Source of the DNA: the human T2T-CHM13v2.0 reference genome, Homo sapiens
Strand: one strand, 5' to 3'
Assembly: GCF_009914755.1 (NCBI RefSeq)
Contig: NC_060925.1
DNA: 64,000 nucleotides
A program made the translations under genes and the position numbers. Under the pieces are notes generated by a model, which was not told the origin of the DNA, did not search any database, and was given only the letters and a program-made list of their open reading frames with translations. The stretch's first letter is position 1. Every line of letters starts with the position of its first letter. Shown here piece by piece: positions 55,508 through 64,000 of the stretch.

Positions 55508-55900
55508 GCCTCTGCTGTGTGCTGGGCCATGCTCCTAAACGTGGCTTTCCCCAGCCGCACCAGCACCAGCTCCTGAGGCACTCCATCAGCCCGGCATCGT
55601 TGCACACTCCTGGCCCGAACCCCCTTATTCTCATGCCCCAATCATAGGCCCCCTCGGGGCTCTTGCTCAAGCTGACACCCCGCCGGGAAGGCTTGCTCTC
55701 TTCTCTCCTCAACTCAGTCCTCATCATCCTGCTCTCTAAAGCCTCCTCCCACGCTTCTGATCCCAAGTGGCTTCCACGCCTCTGAATTCCTGTCACACTC
55801 ATATCCAAGACCACCCCCAAACAGTGTAACGTCAGCATCTGTGGCAGAGGGGAGAGAAGCCCCAGGAGGTGTCGTCTGCCTGCCTTTTGGTGCAAGCTGG

Positions 55901-56223
55901 TGTATGAGTCGATCAGGCTGAACCGAGCACCACTGACCGGGCAGCTTAAGCACAGCTTATTTCCTCGCGACTCTGGAGGCGGGAAGTCTGAGACGCAGGT
56001 GCCGGCAGGCTCAGTTCCTGCAGAGACCTGTCCGCGGCTTGCAGACGGCCATCTTCCGTGTCCTCACAGGGTCTTCCCCATGTGTGTCTGTGTCCTCATT
56101 TCCTAGTCAGATTGGATGAGGGCCCACTTTAATTACCTGTTTGAAGACACTATCTCCAAATACATTCTGAGGTGCCGGGGGTTAGGACATGTAAATTCTG
56201 GGGGATACAACTGAGCCCGCACA
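55901..56223 (-). mobile_element. MaLR LTR (MLT1B-like)
   Basis: ctctggaggcgggaagtctgagac...gcttgcagacggccatcttccgtgtcctcacagggtcttcc...tatctccaaatacattctgaggt. Confidence 0.8.
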
Positions 56224-57468
56224 TCAGGCTCTGGCTTGAGCCTCAGGGAGCATCCCTGTGTGACTCCGAACTGCTCAAGAGCGTGGGGGTCAGGAACTGG
56301 GGGAGCGCTTAGGAGTGGACCTGATCACTCGCTCAGCGGTCCCTCTCCCCCGCTTGCCCACCTTCCTTCCCATAGGTGCTGACTTCAGACAGACAGGACT
56401 TGACTCCTGGCTCTGTCTCCCGGATCGGACGCGTGAGAGGCTACTTAATCTCCCTGGGCCTCGATTCCCTCGTCCATGAAATGAGGGTGATGCCCTCTAT
56501 CTTAGTGAGCCCCAGAGAAAGACACTGGTGTGAAGACGCCGGCCTGGGGCAAGTGTGCACCAGGGCCCCGCTGTTTCTTCCCCCAGGGCGACTTCCAAGC
56601 CTGCGAATGCCGGCTCTTGTTTGGGGACTCCCACAAACGTTTACACGGGATTTGGATAACCTACAATTCTTGACTTAAGCTTCATTAGGATTTTAAACTC
56701 CGAGGGGAGAGCTCATGTCTGACTTTCTTCGTATTCCACCGAACAGGGCCAGGGCAGAGAGGCCTCTCTGCTTGTGGACTCTGGTCCCTGCACTTCAGTC
56801 CTGTTGTCACCAGACATTATCTCAGCAACCACAGACACCTCAGGGAAATCCGCCCTTCACCGTGAGCCAGGAGTGTCCTGCCCCAGACTTTCCCACAGGG
56901 CCATGACCACCCTGGAAGCACAGCGCTGCTCAGTGGGCTGCGGTCCTGGGCCCTTATCTCATCAGCACACAAGCCCGTTATTCAGCCGTATTTACATAAC
57001 CCTTCCCTCCCGCCTGCCTCCCACCTCCAGCTGCTCCCTGGGCACAAAGCTCCGGTTTCACTTAATCAACCATGCAGTCTGGTGTCCCAGGTAACAAGCC
57101 ATCCATTTGTGTTGGCAGCATTTGAAGGTGAGGGGCAGATAACCCTGAGCCCTGCCAGTGGCTCCGCTGACAGCACTGGGAGTCCTGGGCCACTTCCTCA
57201 AGCAATACATCCAGAGCAAGGGTTCCTCTGGGAACACAAAATCACTCCCTCTGTGTCCAGACTCACATGATAAGACTTCTTACAGCAGCTCACTTTCCTC
57301 TGAGGACAGAACGCAGGACAACCAGGGCACCTGTCTGTCTTGATGGCATCTTCCCCCACACGCTTTCCATGGAGCAGCAGCAGATGACAACCTTCACCAT
57401 GCACAAACGCCATGCCCAGCCCTTCACACGCGGTGCACAGTGGCTCACACACTGTGGTGCATCAAGGA

Positions 57469-58400
57469 GCATCTCACACGGGGTGTTGCACAGAGTACCA
57501 CGGAGTATCACACACAGCATCACACACAGCACCACACAGAGAGTATCACACACAGCATCACACACAGTATCACACACAGCATCACACAGAGAGTATCACA
57601 CACAGCATCACAGAGCATCTCACACAGGGTGTTGCACAGAGTACCACAGAGTAGCTCACACACAGCATCACACACAGTATCACGGAGCATCTCCCACAGG
57701 GTATCACACAGAGTATCACAGAATATCTCACACAGCATCACACAGAGTATCACAGAGCATCTCACACACAGTATCACACTGAGTATCACAGAGTATCTCA
57801 CACAGAATATTACACACAGTATCCCAGAGTATCTCACACACAGTATCACACAGAGTGTCACAGAGTAACTCAAACAAAACATCACACACAGTATCCCAGA
57901 GTATCTCATACACCACATCACACACAGTATCACAGAGTATCTCACACACAGTATCACACAGAGTATCACAGGGTAACTCAAACATAGCATCACACACAGT
58001 ATCCCAGAGTATCTCACACACAGCATCACACAGTATCACAGAGTATTTCACACACAGTATCACAGAGTAACTTCACATACAGCATCACACAAAGTATCTC
58101 ACACACAGCATCTCACAGAGTATCACAGAGTACCTTACATACAGCATCACACACGGCACCACACACAGTATTACACAGAGTATCTCATACACAGCATCAC
58201 ACATCATATCTCACACACTGTATCATACATATAGTATCACGCAGACTATTTCACATAGTATCTCACTTAGTATCTATCTCACATATGGTATTACACAGAG
58301 TATCTCACACAGTGTTACACATATTCTCTCATACCTAATATCCCACACATAGCATCATGCATAGTATCTCAAATAGTATCACACAAAGTATCATCCACAC
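57469..58400. repeat. Complex CA-rich minisatellite (10-12-bp modules such as CACACAGTAT, CACACAGCAT, CACAGAGTAT(CT))
   Basis: Directly visible; produces the low-complexity ORFs at 57267-58070. Confidence 0.95.
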
Positions 58401-58401
58401 A

Positions 58402-58510
58402 GCATCTTCACAGCCCTGTGAAGTGTTAAGTGCTGTTCTCCCTATTTCACAGATGAGGACACTGAGGCTAAGTGTCTTGTCTTAGGTTCTAGCTGGCAAG
58501 TGGTAAATCC
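58402..58510 (-). mobile_element. MIR fragment
   Basis: cttcacagccctgtgaag...cctatttcacagatgaggacactgaggct. Confidence 0.7.
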
Positions 58511-58777
58511 ACTCTGGCTGTAAAACTTGTGCCGTTGAGCACCTCACTCCCATGGTGTCCAAGTGGCTCAGCTGGCCCAGAGCCACACTGGCTCAGCCCT
58601 CAGAACCAGGCTGTATCCCTGGAACTCTGCTTCCTCAGAAATCCCCCTTCGTAAAGCCCACAGGTAATGATTCTGGCACATTACTAAGTTTTGGGGCCAC
58701 TAGACTAGACAGTCCCTAAGGTTCCTGCCATCCTTAGAAGTTCTCTGGCTCTGAGAGATTTTAAGGAGAAAAGACAA

Positions 58778-59234
58778 GTCATGTTAAGTGAAATAAGCAA
58801 GGCACAGAAAGACAAATTTTGCATTTTCTCACTTATGTGGAGATAAAAATTTTAAAACTTGAACTCACGGAGATAGAGGAGAATGATGGTTGCCAGGGGC
58901 TAGGAAGGGTAGTAGTGGGGCGGGGGGATAAGTGAGGATGGTTAACGAGTACAAAACTATAGTCAGATAGAATTAGTAAGATCTAGTATTCAGTACCACA
59001 ATAGAGTGACCATAGGTAACAATAATTTATTGTATATTTTAAAATAACTAAAAGAGTGAAATTAGAATGTCCTAACACACAGAAATGATGAATGCTTCAG
59101 GTGATGGATACTCCAATTACCCTGACTTGACCACTATACATTGCATGCCTGTATCAAAGCATCACAGGTACCCCATGAATACAAGCAACTGTTATGTACC
59201 CATAATAATTAAAAACAAAAAGTTAATTTGGAAA
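58778..59234 (+). mobile_element. L1MA-type 3' end (L1MA3/4-like), 5'-truncated
   Basis: atgttaagtgaaataagcaaggcacagaaagacaaa...taagatctagtatt...ggtgatggatactccaattaccctga; TSD AGAAAAGACAAGTCA and AGAAAGGACAAGTCA (58767-58781, 59235-59249). Confidence 0.9.
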
Positions 59235-59950
59235 AGAAAGGACAAGTCAATACCCGCAGCCTTTCCCTTGTGTTGAGATGGCTGGTGACCACCCCCCGTG
59301 CCACTTGTATCCTCTCAGCCACTCTCCCCATCACGTGAACCATCTGGCTTCGCAGGAGGACAATGAGCCCCTCCGAGGAAGGCAGGCTCTGGATCCCTGG
59401 TGCTCAACTTCCTTCCAAAGCTCTCGGCCTTCAGAGCCAGAGATGGCCTGAGGGGAAGGCGCCTCAGCAGCCATGTCATTCCTCCCCAGAAAGACTGAGG
59501 AGCACAGAGGTGAAAGGCCTGGGTACAGCACCTCCGAAGGGTTAGGGTATCGCTTCACTTATAGTCCACATCCTCTGGGCCTAAAAGTGGGAAGGAGGCA
59601 TTTCAGCTCAGGGTCAAAAACACACCTGTCTTCATTCTGACAGGTCGAGTTGATCTCTGACATGTCTAAAGCACAATCCGAATATAAAAATAGGAGTTTT
59701 GGGAGATGCCTTTAAACAGGAGATCAGTCCTGTCTTGCAAGATATCCCCACCCAGGCCTACCTCGGAGATCGTGCATGTTCAGTTCCACACCACTGAAAT
59801 AAAGAGAGTATCACAATAAAGTGAGTCACCAATTGTTTTTTAGTTTCCCAGTGCAATATAAAAGTTATGTTTACACTATGCTGTAGTCTCTTAAGTGTAC
59901 AGTAGCACTGCATCTTAAAAAAATGTAAATATCTTAATTAGAAAAAGCTT

Positions 59951-60250
59951 CCTAGGTGTGGCGGCTCACATCTGTAATCCTAGCAATTTGGAAGCTGAAG
60001 TGAGGGAATCGCTTGAGGCCAGGAGTCGGAGACAGACTGGGCAACATAGTGAGATGCTGTTTCTTAAAAAAAAAAAAAAAAAAAAAAATTAGCCAGGCGT
60101 GGTGGTGCACATCTATAGTCCTAGCTACTCAGGAAGCTGAGGTGGGAGCCCAGAGGTTCAAGGCTGCAGTGAGCTATGATCATGCCACTGCACTCCAGCC
60201 TGGGTGACAGAGCAAGACTTAGACTCTTAAAAAAATAAATAACAACAACA
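59951..60250 (+). mobile_element. AluJ nested in Tigger1
   Basis: gcttgaggccaggag...gggcaacatagtgaga...ttcaaggctgcagtgagctatgatc. Confidence 0.9.
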
Positions 60251-60282
60251 AAAACTTTATTGCTAAAAAATGCTAATGATCA

Positions 60283-60584
60283 CCCGGGTGCAGTGTCTCA
60301 CTCCTGTAATCCCAGCACTTTGGGAGGCCAAGGTGGGTGGATCACGAGGTCAGGAGCTCAAGACCAGCCTGGTCAAGATGGTGAAACTTTGTCTCTACTA
60401 AGAATACAAAAAAATTAGCCAGGTGTGATCGTGGGCGCCTGTAATCCCAGCTACTCGGGAGGCTGAGGCAGAGAATTGCTTGAACCCAGGAGGCAGAGGT
60501 TGCAGTGAGCCGAGATCATGCCCCTGCACTCCAGCCTAGGCAACAGAGCGAGACTTTGTCTCAAAAAAAAAAAAAAAAAAAAAA
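60283..60584 (+). mobile_element. AluS nested in Tigger1
   Basis: ggatcacgaggtcaggag; TSD-like GCTAATGATCA/GCTAATGGTCA. Confidence 0.95.
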
Positions 60585-60659
60585 GCTAATGGTCATCTGA
60601 GCCTTCAGCGAGTCATAATCTTTTTGCTGGTGGAGGGTCTTGCCTGGGTGTTGATGAAG

Positions 60660-62400
60660 TCATAATTTTTTTGCTGGTGGAGGGTCTTGCCTGGATGTTG
60701 ATGGCTGCTGACCGATTAGAGTGGTGGTTAGTGAAGGCTGGGGTAGCTGTGGCAATTTCTCAAAATAAGACAAAAATGAAGGTTGCCACTTTGATTGACT
60801 CTTCTTTTCGCGAAAGAGTTCTCTGTGGCATGTGATGCTGTTGGATACCACTTTACTCACAGTAGAACTTCTTCCAAAATTGTAGCCAATCCTTTCAAAC
60901 CCTGCTGCTGCCTTATCAATTAAGTTTACATAATATTCTAATTCCTTTGTTGTAATTGCAACAATGTTCGCAGAATCTTCACTGGGAGTAGATTTCATCT
61001 CAAGAAACCACTTTCTTTGCTCCTGCATAAGAAGCAACTCCTTACCCACTGAACGTTTATCATGAGATTGCAAGAATACAATCACATCTTTGGTCTCTAC
61101 TTCTAACTCTAGTTCTCTTGCTATTTCCACATCTGCAGTTACTTCCTCCATGAAAGTCTTGAAGCCTCAAAGTCATCCATGAGGATTGGTATCAACTTCT
61201 TCCAAACTCCTGTTAATGCTGATAGTTTAACTTCCTTCTATGAATCACAAATGTTCTTTTTTTTCTCTCTCATATGTCTTAACTGTGAAAACAAATGTCC
61301 ATAATGGCATCTACAATGCTGAATCCCTTCCAGAAGGTTTTCAGTTTACTTTGCCTATATCAATCAATCAGTCATTATCTATGTCAGCTTTTGCCTTACA
61401 AACTATACTTCTTAAATAATAAGACTTGAAGTTCAAAATGACTCCTTGATCCATGGGCTGCAGAATGAATATTATGTTAGTTGGCATGAAAACAACATCT
61501 CCATCAGCTCTTGGGTGACTAGGCATATTGCCAATGAACTGTAATATTTTGAAAGGAATCTTTTTTTCTGAGCAGTAGGTCTCACCAGTAGACTTAAAAT
61601 ATTCAGTAAACCACGCTGTAAACAGATACGCTATCATCCAGGCTTTGTTGTTCCATTGATAGAGCATAGGCAGAGTCAATTTTGCATGATGTTTAAAGGC
61701 CCTAGGATTTCCAGAAGGGTAAATGAGCATTGGCTTCAACTTAAAGTCACAAGTTGCAATAGCCCCTAACAAGAGAATCAGCCAGTCCTTTGAAGCTCTG
61801 AAGCCAGACATTGATTTCTCTATAGCAATGAACACTTTAGATGGCATTTTATTCTAATACAATTAGGGTGTTTAATATATGTTGAAAATATGCTGTTTAG
61901 TGTAGCCACCTTCATCAAATATCTTAGCTAGTTCTTCTGAATAACTGCTGCAGCTTCCACATCAGCACTTGCTGCTTCACCCTGTACTTTCATGTTATGA
62001 AGATGTCTTCTTTCCTTAAACCCCATGAGCCAACCTCTGCTAGCTTCCATCTTTTCTTCTTCAGCTTCCTCACCTCTTTCAGCTTCATAGATTTGAAGAG
62101 AGTTGGGACCTTGTTCTGGGTTAGGCTTTGGCTTAAGGGAATGTAGTGGCTAATTTGCTCTTCTATTAAACCACTCAAACCTCTTTGTATCAGCTTTCTT
62201 ATCATTTGTATGTTCACTGGAGTAGCACTTTTAATTTCCTTGAAGAACTTTTTCTTTACATTCACAGCCTGACTGTTTGGCACAAGAGGCCTAGCTTTTG
62301 GCCTCTCTAGACTTTTGACGTGCTAAGCTTCATTATTTCTAGCTTTTAATTTAAAGTCAGAGAGGTGCAACTTCCATTCACTTGAACACTTAGAAGCCAT
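60660..62400 (-). pseudogene. Disrupted Tigger1 (pogo/CENP-B-like) transposase
   Basis: ORFs 61990-62283, 61368-61847 and 60660-61151 contain [32 protein letters not shown] and AAAGFERI; the frame is broken, and the DNAPGHP-type motif reads GNMPSHP. Confidence 0.9.
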
Positions 62401-64000
62401 TAATAGAATTATTAATTGCCCTAATTTCAATTGTGTTGTATCTCAGGGAATAGGGAGGCCCAAGGAAAGGAAGAGAGATGATGGAATGGCCGGTGGGTGG
62501 AGCAGTCAGAACACACATACATGTTGATTAAGTTCCCTGTCTTATATGGACATGGTTTGCGGTGCCATGAAACAATTACAATAGTAACTTCAAAGACCAC
62601 TGATCACAGAGCACCATAACAGACATAAAAATAATGACAACTTTTGAAATATTGGGAGAGTCACCAAAATGTGACACAGAGACATGAAGTGAGCACATGC
62701 TGTTAGAAAAATAGCACCAATAGACTTGCTCAACTCAGGGTTGCCACAAACCTTCAGTTTGTAAAAAACACAGTATCTACCAACCACAATAAAGCAAAGC
62801 ACCATAAAACAAGACGTGCCTGTAAATGGTGCCTTCTGCACTCACTCTGTCTGAGCAAGTGTACGCAAGCTCCAGGGCCAGCAGATCCTGTGGATTCTGC
62901 AGTTTCTATGGAGGGCCCTTGGGAGCCCTTGGGCATTGGAAGAACCTATGAGGACAGCTACTAAGTCATTGAAATCCTTCTCCCCCAGAGCCCTCTGTGG
63001 GCACAAATAGGTGTGGCATGTCCAAGCAGCAATAGTCTCCAGTTTGGGCCATTCCACAGGGACCATGTTCAACCAAACCACACCACTGAGACAAAGATGA
63101 GAAATCTCAGCTGAGTCCATCTGGGCCAGGGACCTCCCCTCCATAACACAACATCAACAAAAAAAAGCATGTGCTGCTCCCCTGGGACGAACCCTACCTC
63201 CAAGAAGGAACAGCGTTGCTGTAAAATGCTTGGCCTCAGAACCATGCCCAGTGCTGGAGCGCCCACCACAGTAGACACAGAAGCTGGAACATCAGTCTCT
63301 GTGGACATCCTTTTACCCACGAGGAAGGAGAGGTGCAGGAAGCTGAGAAAGGGCAGCCTCTGGTACACACTGTCTCCTCATTCCCTCCCTTGGTGTTGGC
63401 CCCTCCTCCTGTCTCTAGTCTTTATAGGTTGGGGATCTAAGCCTCTTCCCCTCCACTCATTGTGGGAAGCCCAAAAGAAATCTGCCAGTGATGCAGGGAA
63501 GGAAGCTGTCGGGACTGGTAGAGTCTATGCTGAAGAAGGGCCTCCTGTTCCACGTGATTTAGCAAAGTTCCAGAGAATGGCACAAGAGGCCAGCACCAAA
63601 GTCTTGCCGTGTAATAAAGTCCTCTTGTCCTTGGAACTGCTCCCTGGGTTCATCTCTCCCAGGAAGCCCAAGGAGTTGTCCATTGGACACATGAGGGGGG
63701 ATCCATGCTCAGTCAGTTGCTTTCATTTCCCAACACACATGGGGAATTTCTCTTAACTCATGACTTTGCAAAGTAACACTGTGATAAGGTGAACAGAATT
63801 GAGTTCACATTATAGCATAAAATTTCAGCAAGTTATTGAACAACTAGGCTAAACATAGAGAACTATAGTTGCACTTCAATTTCAGCCCCTGCACATACAA
63901 AACTGCATTGCAAGCCTATTTCTGTTATCCCCCTTGGCCTTCGGCCACTGACCCAGCCCTGGTTTGTCCAGGCATGTCACTTTTTCATCTGGCTCTGTCC

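Larger units (their letters stand above)
59753..62822 (-). mobile_element. Full-length Tigger1 DNA transposon with two Alu insertions
   Basis: TIRs CAGGCCTACCTCG at the left end and ...GACGTGCCTG followed by TA at the right end; transposase-derived peptides in three ORFs. Confidence 0.95.

Noticed and set aside
57267-58070. Overlapping 111-171-aa His/Thr/Ser- or Cys/Val-rich ORFs; superficial CRISPR-like periodicity
   Set aside because: They are artefacts of the minisatellite. There are no unique spacers or cas genes, and the DNA is primate.

Overview
This is primate (very likely human) non-coding genomic DNA, intronic or intergenic, dominated by interspersed repeats. It contains about 20 Alu copies (AluJ, AluS and monomers, many with visible TSDs), MIR and L2 relics, two 5'-truncated L1MA 3' ends, several MaLR LTRs, a full-length THE1 element, solo MER4-group LTRs, a decayed ERVL (HERV16/ERV3-16A3-like) provirus with nested LTRs, and a full-length Tigger1. 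I can support no intact protein-coding gene, RNA gene or CRISPR array, and I cannot identify the locus. Most ORFs in the track come from repeats or are chance ORFs. I see no evidence of a novel multi-gene system. The strongest unexplained signals are a ~260-bp imperfect palindrome at 33.7-33.95 kb, a 90-bp polyadenylated LTR-derived retrocopy with a perfect 15-bp TSD at 28.1 kb, and a stop-poor 312-codon frame at 62.8-63.8 kb. Short templated-looking patches inside the ERVL and a ~0.9-kb complex minisatellite are also worth checking. Repeat subfamily names are by eye from remembered consensus sequences and need Dfam/RepeatMasker confirmation.
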